Of a stretch of 64,000 bases of DNA, positions 28,007 to 37,038 are shown piece after piece. The stretch covers positions 5,782-69,781 of the forward strand of contig CAWHZA010000062.1 in NCBI GenBank assembly GCA_963833665.1. The letters are read 5' to 3'. Position 1 is the first letter of the stretch. Every line of letters starts with the position of its first letter. Position numbers and translations under genes: made by a program. This stretch comes from an uncultured Alphaproteobacteria bacterium (GTDB taxonomy: Bacteria; Pseudomonadota; Alphaproteobacteria; Rhizobiales; Xanthobacteraceae). The notes below the pieces were generated by a model. It ran no database searches. It was not told the origin of the DNA and saw only the letters and a list, made by a program, of their open reading frames with translations.

Positions 28007-28402
28007 TTATTGGTCACCGTACCTTCTGGGCGCCATCCAGGCCAAGATCCTATTGATGGTCGCAATCCTGAGGCGCTGGTGGGCGAGGTTCTCCTTATCA
28101 AAGACCCAGGTCACTTTGCCATCGGCTCCGGTCTTTTTTACGTAGTCGCTGCTGTCGTCGGCGATCTCGAGGATTTCGTAGGCGAGGTCTTCCGCCTGAC
28201 ACTGGCGCGCGAGAACATACAGCTGGCGAAATTCCTGATTGCTGGCGAGCCAGCGGAACACCGTGGCTCTGGCCGGCATTGCCGGATCGGCGCAGACGGC
28301 CCTGAGGCTTTCACCGTTGACGAGCCGGTCGCAGATCGCTTCAGCGATCTCGGCGCTGTAGTCAGACGGTCGGCCGCGCTTGGGCTGGTCGTTGGTTTGC
28401 AT
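28007..28402 (-). CDS. phage terminase small subunit-like protein
   Basis: KRGRPSDYSAEIAEAICDRLVNGESLRAVCADPAMPARATVFRWLASNQEFRQLYVLARQCQAEDLAYEILEIADD matches the HTH-type small terminase family common in alphaproteobacterial prophages. Confidence 0.7.
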   Translation of the reverse strand: MQTNDQPKRGRPSDYSAEIAEAICDRLVNGESLRAVCADPAMPARATVFRWLASNQEFRQLYVLARQCQAEDLAYEILEIADDSSDYVKKTGADGKVTWVFDKENLAHQRLRIATINRILAWMAPRRYGDQ

Positions 28403-28826
28403 GGTGGCTATCTGGTCTCATAATTCTGAGTTCATGGGATTGATCTCGAATCTTGGCCCCCCACCGCCGCGAACGCGTCGCGCTTCTAGGCAACCGAACC
28501 GGCGCCCATCCGCAGCGAAGATCAATCTGGGCGGCGCGGGTTGGCGGCTGAATCAGGGCTCTAATCTCTTGAACCTTTGCCCGCATGGCCCTTCGGATCG
28601 ACTGATTCTCGCGTGTGTAGAGCCCACGTTTGTAATTTCCGTTGCGGTTCCCCCGAGGTCCACCCGAACCTTTAGCCCCGCCGTGCATTCGGCACCGGCT
28701 CCGATCTCTTACAGCCGCCTGCCGGCAGGGGTGACCGGCGCGGGTCTTTGCCCCGCATCGGCGAGCTTTGGCCATATTCGCCAATCGTCGCGCCACATCC
28801 GCCTGACGCATGGGGTCGTGTGTCAT
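28362..28826 (-). CDS. HGG-motif (HGGxSTG-like) basic protein, phage/plasmid associated
   Basis: RRCGAKTRAGHPCRQAAVRDRSRCRMHGGAKGSGGPRGNRNGNYKRGLYT. The ORF tail overlaps the next gene, so the true stop or frame is uncertain. Confidence 0.5.
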   Translation of the reverse strand: MTHDPMRQADVARRLANMAKARRCGAKTRAGHPCRQAAVRDRSRCRMHGGAKGSGGPRGNRNGNYKRGLYTRENQSIRRAMRAKVQEIRALIQPPTRAAQIDLRCGWAPVRLPRSATRSRRWGAKIRDQSHELRIMRPDSHHANQRPAQARPTV

Positions 28827-29563
28827 TTCTGGTCTCCCCCCTTACGCTCCCCGGCATTGACGATTCCGACCACCCCCTGGGCTCCTGCCTGTATCTGGAG
28901 GTGCCGGACCTCTACTGTCTGCTTGTGGCCCCGCCGATGCAGAGCCTGTATCAAATCAAGCTGAAGTCTGAGCAGTTTGTTGGCGTAGGGGCCGTAAGTG
29001 CTGATATAGTCGTCAGTCATGTGCCGCTGGCTTTGACGCAGAAAGCGAAGTCCCGCGAACCCCGTCGCGACGATTTCAACCGCGATAAGGGCCTCCAATT
29101 CCGACCGACAGTAGGCTGAGGCGATGATCGCCAGAGCAGCATTGAGCGTCGTTTCTTCAAGCTGGTCCCACGGGGTTGGCTTGAGCGCCTCGACGACCTT
29201 TCCCAGCATGACGTCGACGAACTCGTCGGACATGGTGTTGCCGAAAGCTTCGCGAAGTCGGGCGCGATAGCCGTCTAGGTCCGGCGTGGGTGCTAGATAC
29301 TGGTCATGAATCGGCGATGGCTTGCGGACCCGCGGGGGAGCTTTGCGCCGCTCACAGTTATCCTGCGCATCCTTGATAGGCGCTGGAAGGTTCTCCGTCA
29401 CTTCGGCCACGTTTGAGCCCTGGGCTGAATTGTCCGCTGCACTGATGCGAACCGGCGGATATTTCGCGGCCTCCATTGCAAGGTAGGTCGCTTCCTTTCC
29501 CGAGATCCGCGATTTCTTTTCTTCCGGGGAAGGATCGGTGGCGTTTCCTGCTGGCATTATCAT
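28823..29563 (-). CDS. hypothetical prophage protein
   Basis: ATG at 29563 (MIMPAGNATD...) follows GGGGA and overlaps the upstream stop by 4 nt (ATGA coupling). No family recognised. Confidence 0.5.
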   Translation of the reverse strand: MIMPAGNATDPSPEEKKSRISGKEATYLAMEAAKYPPVRISAADNSAQGSNVAEVTENLPAPIKDAQDNCERRKAPPRVRKPSPIHDQYLAPTPDLDGYRARLREAFGNTMSDEFVDVMLGKVVEALKPTPWDQLEETTLNAALAIIASAYCRSELEALIAVEIVATGFAGLRFLRQSQRHMTDDYISTYGPYANKLLRLQLDLIQALHRRGHKQTVEVRHLQIQAGAQGVVGIVNAGERKGGDQK

Positions 29564-29775
29564 TCCCCTAAAAGCCGACACAGCGACGATACTTTGATCA
29601 ATCTCCGTGTGCCGATTTTCATCCACTCTATCTCGCCGCTCTTCATCTTGTTGTAGATCATCGAGCGACCCAGGCCGGAAACCTTGACCGCGTCGTCGAC
29701 TGAACACGTCAGCCTTTCGCCGAAAGGGATGCGATCCTGCTCGGTAGCAGGATCAAACTCAACGTCGTCACTCAT
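29560..29775 (-). CDS. AlpA/excisionase-type helix-turn-helix protein
   Basis: MSDDVEFDPATEQDRIPFGERLTCSVDDAVKVSGLGRSMIYNKMKSGEIEWMKIGTRRLI fits the short MerR-superfamily excisionase/AlpA pattern. Confidence 0.65.
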   Translation of the reverse strand: MSDDVEFDPATEQDRIPFGERLTCSVDDAVKVSGLGRSMIYNKMKSGEIEWMKIGTRRLIKVSSLCRLLGE

Positions 29776-29845
29776 AGCTGTTCCTTTGTTCACGGACCTC
29801 GGAATTGAGGCCTACGCTATTGGAACACGATGCGACGAGTTTGCT

Positions 29846-29900
29846 GGTGTGCACTCAGACCTAGAATCGCAGGTTGAGTGCACACCCCATTCGAATTAAC
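29846..29900. repeat. structured direct repeat, copy 1
   Basis: ggtgtgcactcagacctagaatcgcaggttgagtgcacaccccattcgaattaac. It contains a perfect 10-bp stem gtgtgcactc/gagtgcacac. The second copy is 167 bp downstream. Confidence 0.8.
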
Positions 29901-30012
29901 AAATTTTTTAGATTCAGTGGTCGGCCGTGGCGACCGCATGCCTGCGCCTGACGTTCCGGTGCAAGCATTTCACGTGCTCGGCGTCAACATCGCAAATTTT
30001 TTTCGAACGCTA

Positions 30013-30067
30013 TGTGTGCACTCCAGCCTAAAATTGGAGGTACAGTGCACACCCCATTGGAATTAAC
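30013..30067. repeat. structured direct repeat, copy 2
   Basis: tgtgtgcactccagcctaaaattggaggtacagtgcacaccccattggaattaac. It has the same outer stem, and the 3' part agtgcacaccccatt(c/g)gaattaac is conserved. Confidence 0.8.
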
Positions 30068-30081
30068 TGCTTGTTGAAGAT

Positions 30082-30246
30082 TTAGGACGCGGGCTTGCCG
30101 ACGGCAATATTGCGCTTAACTTTGCGGCGCAACCACTTCACCCGCTCCGATTCGACATCACCAATTGCTTCGAACGCGATCTCAGTGAGCACCGCCGCCT
30201 GGTCGTCCAGCCACCGCCCGGTGATTTCTTTCAAGTAGTTGCTCAC
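30082..30246 (-). CDS. small hypothetical ORF (54 codons)
   Basis: GTG immediately after the stop of the upstream gene: VSNYLKEITGRWLDDQAAVLTEIAFEAIGDVESERVKWLRRKVKRNIAVGKPAS. Below the ORF-track cut-off. Confidence 0.3.
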   Translation of the reverse strand: MSNYLKEITGRWLDDQAAVLTEIAFEAIGDVESERVKWLRRKVKRNIAVGKPAS

Positions 30247-30713
30247 CTAATTCGTGAAGACGGCAGGCGTGTCGAACTCGCGGGTTACTTTCACGACACC
30301 GGGCACGTCCCGGGATGGATCGACTTCCATGCGAAAGACCCCAGCGGCGTTCTCAAGCATTCGGGCAAGTTCTTCACTTTCAGGCAGAGTTGGAGGCATG
30401 CCGGCCGGGTGCGGCTCGCGCAAGAACTGAGCGACCTCGTGCATCTTCTCCGCATACGTGCGATAACGATCTCGGTATTTCCCTCGGCAGGCGATGGCTT
30501 CGGTGACACGCCTTATCGCTAGTATCTCCCGGATAAAGACATTCGGAGGGATCAGTAACCCGTGCTCATGGGCGGCGCGATCAATCGTCTGCCACTCCTC
30601 GTCCGCTCGGTCGTCGTCGGACCACCTTTGGAGGTGGGCGCGGTCCTTAAATTCCAGACCAGGGGCGGCTTCCGCGTATGATACCAGAGCGGCCTTGAAG
30701 GAATTCAGGCATA
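30247..30713 (-). pseudogene. hypothetical prophage protein with a frameshift a few codons after the start
   Basis: ATG at 30713 gives MPEF... and stops after 21 codons. The adjacent frame is open for about 150 codons (SFKAALVSYAEAAPGLEFKDRAHLQRWSDDDR...VTREFDTPAVFTN) but has no start of its own. Confidence 0.4.
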
Positions 30714-30930
30714 CTCACCTCGGCTAGTCGCAATACGAGTTAGCGCAGCAGACGGGCTTCAGCTTTTCGATCTGCCGGTTTCCACGCGCCGAATCATTTG
30801 TCGCGGTTGCAAATTTACACGTCACAGGCTGCCGAGAATTCGTGACCGACCGTCTACAGGCGTCCACGCATGCTTATTGGACATACATTGGACATGTACT
30901 TAGCGCAGCCATCTAAGTGATTGAAATCAT

Positions 30931-31006
30931 TGGCGCTCCCTAGGGGACTCGAACCCCTGTTTTCGCCGTGAGAGGGCGACGTCCTGGGCCGCTAGACGAA
31001 GGGAGC
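30931..31006 (-). tRNA. tRNA-Glu (anticodon CUC)
   Basis: The reverse complement GCTCCCTTCGTCTAGCGGCCCAGGACGTCGCCCTCTCACGGCGAAAACAGGGGTTCGAGTCCCCTAGGGAGCGCCA folds as a cloverleaf. It has a 7-bp acceptor, a TTCGAGT T-loop, anticodon loop CT-CTC-AC and an encoded CCA. Close to E. coli tRNA-Glu. Confidence 0.9.
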
Positions 31007-31072
31007 CTGATTTCCGAAATAAACCCGAAGGCGCGCAGGTGCAAGCGCGTTCGTTTTCGCGGCGGCGCGGCT

Positions 31073-31474
31073 TCAAGGCTCAGTGGCAAACCTGAGCCGT
31101 CCGGTCTCCCTCAGTGTTTTTACGTCGAAAGTGCGCATTTCGATCGCGCCGCCGATATCGAGCGTCACCACGACGCGGTCGCCGGCCACGGTGCTCGAAG
31201 TGACGCGCGCGCCTTTCGGCAGCGCGACAATCGTGTCGACGGGCGTCGCGGCGCTTCCGCCGGCGTGGAAAACGCGATAGCCGATGACACCGATCACAGC
31301 GGCGAGCGCGATCAGGGTGGTGAGGCCGGATACGATCATCAGCCAGCGCGCCCGCGCGATCATGCCGGCAGCGGCGCTATTTGACTCCCCTGCCTCGTCT
31401 GCTTCCGCAACAGCGGCGTCGCGAACGATCTCCTCCGCATGGTTTCGCGAACTACTGGCGGCTAAGTTGCGCAT
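31073..31474 (-). CDS. membrane-anchored conserved hypothetical protein
   Basis: Single TM segment (WLMIVSGLTTLIALAAVIGVIGY) followed by a small domain. Divergent from rluD, as in related genomes by recollection. The start could instead be at 31363. Confidence 0.55.
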   Translation of the reverse strand: MRNLAASSSRNHAEEIVRDAAVAEADEAGESNSAAAGMIARARWLMIVSGLTTLIALAAVIGVIGYRVFHAGGSAATPVDTIVALPKGARVTSSTVAGDRVVVTLDIGGAIEMRTFDVKTLRETGRLRFATEP

Positions 31475-31497
31475 TGAGGTGCCCGCAGGAAGTGCCG

Positions 31498-32550
31498 ATG
31501 ACGTCGACCATGAAATCCGTCCGCGTCGCCGACGATGAGGCCGGCGGACGGCTCGATCGCGTGCTCGCCACGCACATTGCCGAGCTTTCGCGCACCCGAC
31601 TCAAGGCATTGATCGAGGCGGGCGCCGTGGCCGTCGACGGCCGCACGATCCGTGATCCCGGCCATCGCGTCAATTCCGGCGCGGCAGTCCAGATCGACAT
31701 TCCGCCGCCGGCGGCCGCCAAGCCTGCGCCCGAGCCCATCCCGCTGAATGTGGTCTACGAAGACGCCGACATCATCGTCATCGACAAGCCCAAGAACCTC
31801 GTCGTACATCCCGCCGCCGGCAATTGGACCGGAACGCTCGTCAACGCGCTCATCGCCCATTGCGGCGAGAGCCTGTCCGGCATCGGCGGCGAGCGGCGTC
31901 CCGGCATCGTGCATCGGCTCGACAAGGATACGACCGGCCTCATGGTCGTAGCGAAGAGCGACCGCGCGCACCGCGCGCTCGCGGCACAGTTCGCCGACCA
32001 TGGCCGCAGCGGCGAGCCGTTCGAGCGCGCCTATCTCGCCTTCGTCTGGGGAGCACCGGATCGGCCGCGCGGCACCATCGACCGGCCGATCGACCGTCAC
32101 CCGCAGGCGCGCGACCGCATGGCAGTGCGCCAGGGCGGGCGCGAGGCGATAACCCACTGGGAAGTGCTCGAACGCTACGGCACGGCGGACGGGCCTCGCG
32201 CGGCGGCAGGGAGAAGCACGCGGCCACGAGAGCCAGTCGCCAGCCTGCTCCTGTGCCGCCTCGAAACCGGCCGCACCCACCAGATTCGGGTGCATTTGGC
32301 CTCGATCGGACATCCCTTGCTGGGCGACGAGGTTTACGGGACGGGTTTTCGCACCAAGAGCGTGCTTTTGCCGCAGCAAGCCCAGGGCGCGCTCAAGGCC
32401 CTTGGCAGACAGGCCCTCCATGCCCATATCTTGTCAGTCAAGCATCCCAAGAGCGCTGAAATCCTTCGGTTCCGATCGGAACTGCCGCCCGATCTCGCCC
32501 GTTTGCGTAGGGAGCTGGCGGCCATGCAGGCTGATTCCAGCGAGAAATAA
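31498..32550 (+). CDS. rluD: RluA-family 23S rRNA pseudouridine synthase (RluD-like, with S4 domain)
   Basis: GGRLDRVLA...LSRTRLKALIEAG (S4 domain), VIDKPKNLVVHPAAGN, GIVHRLDKDTTGLMVVAK and TGRTHQIRVHL motifs. Confidence 0.85.
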   Translation: MTSTMKSVRVADDEAGGRLDRVLATHIAELSRTRLKALIEAGAVAVDGRTIRDPGHRVNSGAAVQIDIPPPAAAKPAPEPIPLNVVYEDADIIVIDKPKNLVVHPAAGNWTGTLVNALIAHCGESLSGIGGERRPGIVHRLDKDTTGLMVVAKSDRAHRALAAQFADHGRSGEPFERAYLAFVWGAPDRPRGTIDRPIDRHPQARDRMAVRQGGREAITHWEVLERYGTADGPRAAAGRSTRPREPVASLLLCRLETGRTHQIRVHLASIGHPLLGDEVYGTGFRTKSVLLPQQAQGALKALGRQALHAHILSVKHPKSAEILRFRSELPPDLARLRRELAAMQADSSEK

Positions 32551-32748
32551 GAGTTTTACCGGGTTTATCCCGGCCAAGGGGGATCAAGGCCGCGTCGCGC
32601 CGAAGTGATACGGGGTTCACTTCCACTGGCCCGACTCGACCGTGTATGTTGCGGGTGCGAGATGGGAACTTTCCGCCGTCGGCTCGGGGAGCGACGGCAT
32701 CAGATCGCCCGCCGTCATGCGGGGGCGTTGCCTTGGAGGGCGCTGTCA

Positions 32749-33651
32749 ATGGCCCAGACTGCAGCTTTGCCGATCCTGTCGGGTGAAACCGGCCTGACTC
32801 GGTATTTGGAAGAGATTCGGCGGTTCCCGATGTTGGAACCGCAGGAGGAATATATGCTGGCCAAGCGCTGGCGCGAGCACGGCGACCGCGATGCGGCGCA
32901 TCGGCTCGTCACCAGCCATCTGCGGCTCGTGGCCAAGATCGCCATGGGCTACCGCGGCTATGGCCTGCCCATTTCCGAAGTGATCTCCGAGGGCAATGTC
33001 GGCCTCATGCAGGCCGTCAAGCGCTTCGAGCCGGAGAAGGGCTTCCGCCTCGCCACCTATGCCATGTGGTGGATCAAGGCGGCGATCCAGGAATACATCC
33101 TGCGCTCCTGGTCGCTGGTGAAGATGGGCACGACCGCCAACCAGAAGAAGCTGTTCTTCAACCTGCGCAAGGCCAAGAGCCGGATCTCGGCGCTCGACGA
33201 AGGCGATATGCGGCCCGACCAGGTCAAGCTGATCGCCAAGCGGCTGGGCGTGACCGAGCAGGACGTGATCGACATGAACCGCCGGCTTGGCGGCGACGCC
33301 TCGCTCAACGCGCCGATCCGCGAAGACGGCGATTCCGGCGAATGGATGGATTGGCTGGTCGACGACGGCGCCAGCCAGGAAAGCCGCCTCGCCGATTCCG
33401 AGCAGGCCGAGAACCGGCACAAGGCCTTGGGCGAGGCGCTGACCGTGCTCAACGACCGCGAGCGCCGCATCTTCGAGGCGCGCCGCCTCGCGGACGACCC
33501 GATCACGCTCGAGGAACTCGCCGACGAGTTCGGCGTCTCACGCGAGCGGGTGCGGCAGATCGAGGTCCGCGCCTTCGAGAAGGTGCAGAAGGCGGTGAAG
33601 AGCCGCATCGCCTCGATGGAGAATCCGGAAGCCGCCATGGCGGCGCAGTGA
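32749..33651 (+). CDS. rpoH: RNA polymerase sigma-32 (heat-shock sigma factor)
   Basis: MAQTAALPILSGETGLTRYLEEIRRFPML..., and the RpoH box QKKLFFNLRKAK. Regions 2 and 4 are clear (GNVGLMQAVKRFEPEKGFRLATYAMWWI; LEELADEFGVSRERVRQIE). Confidence 0.9.
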   Translation: MAQTAALPILSGETGLTRYLEEIRRFPMLEPQEEYMLAKRWREHGDRDAAHRLVTSHLRLVAKIAMGYRGYGLPISEVISEGNVGLMQAVKRFEPEKGFRLATYAMWWIKAAIQEYILRSWSLVKMGTTANQKKLFFNLRKAKSRISALDEGDMRPDQVKLIAKRLGVTEQDVIDMNRRLGGDASLNAPIREDGDSGEWMDWLVDDGASQESRLADSEQAENRHKALGEALTVLNDRERRIFEARRLADDPITLEELADEFGVSRERVRQIEVRAFEKVQKAVKSRIASMENPEAAMAAQ

Positions 33652-33660
33652 TCCTTCTTT

Positions 33661-33676
33661 CTCCGGTCCGCCGGAG
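33661..33676. terminator. short GC hairpin between convergent rpoH and the ABC operon
   Basis: ctccgg-tccg-ccggag, 10 nt after the rpoH stop. No clean U-tract, so this is weak. Confidence 0.25.
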
Positions 33677-33727
33677 CGAGCGGCGGCGGGCGCCAAAATC
33701 GCCGCTGTAGAGCGCGCTCCTTCACGC

Positions 33728-34450
33728 CTACTTCAGTCCGAAATAGGCGCGGCGCAGCGCATCGTTCTCTTGCATGGCGGCGACGGTGCCGGAAAAGCCG
33801 ATGCGGCCATTGTCGAGGGTATAGACGCGGTCGGCGAGCACCAGGAATTTCACGTTCTGCTCCGCGATCAACAGCGCCAACTGCTTCGCGCGGAACTGCG
33901 CCAGCACCGCGATCACTTCCTTCACATAGAGCGGTGACAAGCCGGCCGACGGCTCGTCCATGACCAGAAGCCGCGGGTTGCCCACCAGCGCCTTGGCAAT
34001 GCCGAGCATCTTGCGCTGGCCGCCGGACAAGCTGCCGGCCGGCAGCCGCCGGCGCTCGGCCAGCGCCGGGAATATGGCGTAGAGTTCGTCGATCCGCCCG
34101 CGCGCGCGGTTCGCCGGCAAGAATTGCGCGCCGATCAGGACATTCTCCTCGACGGTCAGACCCGGAAAACCTGAGGTTTCCGACATGAACACGATGCCGC
34201 GCTGCACCCGCTGATCGGTGCGCAGCCGGGTGATGTTCTCGTCAGCGAAATCGATGCGTCCGGCCCAAACCTCGACCAGGCTCATGATCGCTTTGAGCAG
34301 CGTCGTCTTGCCGGCGCCGTTGGCACCGAGCAGCACCACCGATTCATGCTCGTGCACGACGAGATCGACGCCCCACAGCACCTGCAAACGCCGATAGCCG
34401 GCGGCGATGCCCGCGACTTCGAGCAGCGGTCGCGGCGCGTCATGCGGCAT
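33728..34450 (-). CDS. ABC transporter ATP-binding protein (LivF-like)
   Basis: Walker A GANGAGKTT, signature LSGGQRKML, Walker B LLVMDEPS. Confidence 0.9.
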   Translation of the reverse strand: MPHDAPRPLLEVAGIAAGYRRLQVLWGVDLVVHEHESVVLLGANGAGKTTLLKAIMSLVEVWAGRIDFADENITRLRTDQRVQRGIVFMSETSGFPGLTVEENVLIGAQFLPANRARGRIDELYAIFPALAERRRLPAGSLSGGQRKMLGIAKALVGNPRLLVMDEPSAGLSPLYVKEVIAVLAQFRAKQLALLIAEQNVKFLVLADRVYTLDNGRIGFSGTVAAMQENDALRRAYFGLK

Positions 34451-35165
34451 TCTCGTCTCCGAGGAAGACTTCGACGACCTGCCTGTTCCGCGACGCCTCC
34501 GCCAGCCGGCCTTCGAAAATCTCCTTACCGGCGTTCATGACGATGATTCGATCGGTGATCTGATCGATGAATCCCATCAGGTGCTCGACAACGAGAAGGG
34601 CAATTCCCGAGCTTGCCAGCTCCCTGAGTTTGGCGGCGACGCGCTCCAGTTCCGCTGGATTCAGTCCGGCCGCAAGCTCATCGATCAACAAAAGCCGCGG
34701 ACCGGTCGCGAGCGCCCGCGCGAGATCGAGCATTTTCTGCTGCGCGGTGTTGAGCTCGCCCGCGGCATGACCGGCGAAGTCGGCAAGATCGAGCGCGGAC
34801 AGGAGCGCCTCGACACTGGGCGCGTCGCGGCTGTCTCCGTAGGTCTTCGCGATCTCGACGTTCTCGCGCACGGTCAGCGTGAGGAACGGCTTCGGCACCT
34901 GGAAGGTACGGTTGATGCCCGCGTGCACGAGCCGGTGCGACGGCCAGCCGCCGATCGAGCGTCCGGCGAAATGAACCGTGCCGCCGTCCGGCGGGTAAAG
35001 CCCGGAGATGACATTGATGCACGTGGTCTTGCCGGAGCCGTTCGGCCCGACCAGGCCGAGAATTTCGCCGGCAGCGACCTTGAAGCTAAGAACATCTAGC
35101 GCGCGGAAGCCGCCGAAGCGCTTCACCAAACGATCGACAGCGAGAAGCGGCGCGTCAGGGGACAT
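34440..35165 (-). CDS. ABC transporter ATP-binding protein (LivG-like)
   Basis: GPNGSGKTT, ...QQKMLDLARAL..., LLLIDELAAGL. Overlaps its neighbours by a few nt (operon). Confidence 0.9.
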   Translation of the reverse strand: MSPDAPLLAVDRLVKRFGGFRALDVLSFKVAAGEILGLVGPNGSGKTTCINVISGLYPPDGGTVHFAGRSIGGWPSHRLVHAGINRTFQVPKPFLTLTVRENVEIAKTYGDSRDAPSVEALLSALDLADFAGHAAGELNTAQQKMLDLARALATGPRLLLIDELAAGLNPAELERVAAKLRELASSGIALLVVEHLMGFIDQITDRIIVMNAGKEIFEGRLAEASRNRQVVEVFLGDENAA

Positions 35166-36075
35166 CGATGCCCCATCGCTGCAATAACGACACCAGCCCG
35201 TTGGGCAGGAACATCACCAGCCCCATGATCAGCGCGCCGTAGAGCAATTGAAAATATTGCGGCGTCGAGATGCCGACCGCGTTGTAGATGCCGTAGAGGA
35301 TAACGACGCCGAGGATCGGCCCGATCACCGTGGCATTGCCGCCGAACAGCGCGAACACGATGGCAAAGATCGTGAACTCGACGCTGAAAACCGTCTCCGG
35401 ATAGAACACCGACACGTACCAGGCGAAAACCCCGCCGGCGAGGCCGGCGATCAGGGCGCTCAAGAGCCAGGCGATGACGCGCTCGCGCACGACATTGATG
35501 CCGGCCATGCCGGCGCTGATCGGATCCTCGCGAATGGCCTTGAGCGCCATGCCGAAGTGCGAATTGCGCAGATAGATCACGAGCGCGAGCGTCGCCGCGA
35601 GGACCGCGAGCGCGGTGGCGTAGCTCAGCGCCGGATCGAAGACCCCGCTGAGACTGATGCCGTAGGGGCCCTTGGTGATCTCTTCCAGATTCGGGTTCGA
35701 CACCACCTGCAGCACGGCGAGCGCGGCGGCAAGATTGGCGATCGAGAAATAGGCTCCTGACAGGCGGAACAGCGGCGTCAGCAGCAGCGCCAGCACGATG
35801 GCGGCGGCGGCGCCGACGGGAAGCGCGATGAGCGGCGGCGCATGCAGGTGGATCACCATCAGCGAGAAGCCGTAGGCGCCGGCGCCGAAAAAGCCGACAT
35901 AGCCGAACGGCAGATAGCCGGTGAACCCGTAGATCACGTTGATGCCCTGGGCGAGCGTCATGAAGATGATGAAATTGAACAGCATCAGGTGATTGCTGTA
36001 GAGGCCGGGCAGGATCGCGAACGCGGCAACGACCGGCAGCAGAATCAACAGCAGATGCCACGCAATCCTAGGCAC
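35155..36075 (-). CDS. branched-chain amino-acid ABC transporter permease (LivM-like)
   Basis: 306-aa polytopic membrane ORF with the family-typical GYLPFGYVGFFGAGAY segment. Confidence 0.85.
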   Translation of the reverse strand: MPRIAWHLLLILLPVVAAFAILPGLYSNHLMLFNFIIFMTLAQGINVIYGFTGYLPFGYVGFFGAGAYGFSLMVIHLHAPPLIALPVGAAAAIVLALLLTPLFRLSGAYFSIANLAAALAVLQVVSNPNLEEITKGPYGISLSGVFDPALSYATALAVLAATLALVIYLRNSHFGMALKAIREDPISAGMAGINVVRERVIAWLLSALIAGLAGGVFAWYVSVFYPETVFSVEFTIFAIVFALFGGNATVIGPILGVVILYGIYNAVGISTPQYFQLLYGALIMGLVMFLPNGLVSLLQRWGIDVP

Positions 36076-36991
36076 GGCGCACCTGTCGTCCGAGCAGGCC
36101 GCTGGGCCGCACCAAAAGGATCGCGATGAGCAGGACGTAGGGCAGGAGATTGGCCCACGAGCTGTAGTAGCTCTGCATCAGCATGTAGGAGACGCCGTAG
36201 ATTACTCCTCCCAGCACCGTGCCGAGCGGGTTGCCCAGCGAGCCGATGATGATGACGGCAAATGCCGTCACGGTCACCTCCCCGCCCATCGCCGGGGTGA
36301 TGCTGCCGAGCATGAAGGGTGCGAAGACGCCGGCGATAGCCGCAAGCCCGATGCCGATGCCGAAGGCGAGCGCCGATATGCGATGGACGTTGATCCCGGT
36401 CGCGACCGCCTCCTCGCGGTTGTCCATCACTGCGCGGGTGAGGTAGCCGAGCCGGGTCCGGTACAGATAAAGGTAGACGAGGAGCACGGCGCAGCCGCTG
36501 GCGATGCCGCTCGCCACCCACGCCGCCGGGAAAGTCTGGCCCAAGATCTCAACCGGACCGTTCTCCACCTCGTGCCCGATGAACACCCCCTCCACGGCGG
36601 CGACCGCGCGTCCAAGCTGGTCACCGGGAATCGAGCGTTCGCTGGTGCCGAAGGCGATCGTCGTGACCGCTTCGATCACTTGCGAGAGCCCGAAGAAGAG
36701 AATGAACGACAGCATTTCCGGGTCCTTGGCCTTCAGGAGCCGCGGAACCAGGAGGTAATAGAGCGGCAACCCGACGGCCACGAACACGGCGAAGGCGATC
36801 GGAAGGACGGGTATGGGATTGACGGCGAACAGCGCGAACAGCCAGAACGCCAGGAAGGCTCCCAGCATCAAAAAGTCGCCGTGCGCCAGGTTGACGATGC
36901 GCATGACGCCGAACACGAGATTGAGCCCGAGCCCGATCAGGGAGAAATAGAGGCCGAACAGGACGCCGGCGAGCACACTGTAGAGCAGCAT
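36068..36991 (-). CDS. branched-chain amino-acid ABC transporter permease (LivH-like)
   Basis: 307-aa polytopic ORF with GLNLVFGVMRIVNLAHGDFLMLGAF, typical of LivH. Confidence 0.85.
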   Translation of the reverse strand: MLLYSVLAGVLFGLYFSLIGLGLNLVFGVMRIVNLAHGDFLMLGAFLAFWLFALFAVNPIPVLPIAFAVFVAVGLPLYYLLVPRLLKAKDPEMLSFILFFGLSQVIEAVTTIAFGTSERSIPGDQLGRAVAAVEGVFIGHEVENGPVEILGQTFPAAWVASGIASGCAVLLVYLYLYRTRLGYLTRAVMDNREEAVATGINVHRISALAFGIGIGLAAIAGVFAPFMLGSITPAMGGEVTVTAFAVIIIGSLGNPLGTVLGGVIYGVSYMLMQSYYSSWANLLPYVLLIAILLVRPSGLLGRQVRRA

Positions 36992-37038
36992 TCAGCGCGC
37001 TCCGCCGCCGGTCCCGCTTGACCCCCGCCGGGCCATGG

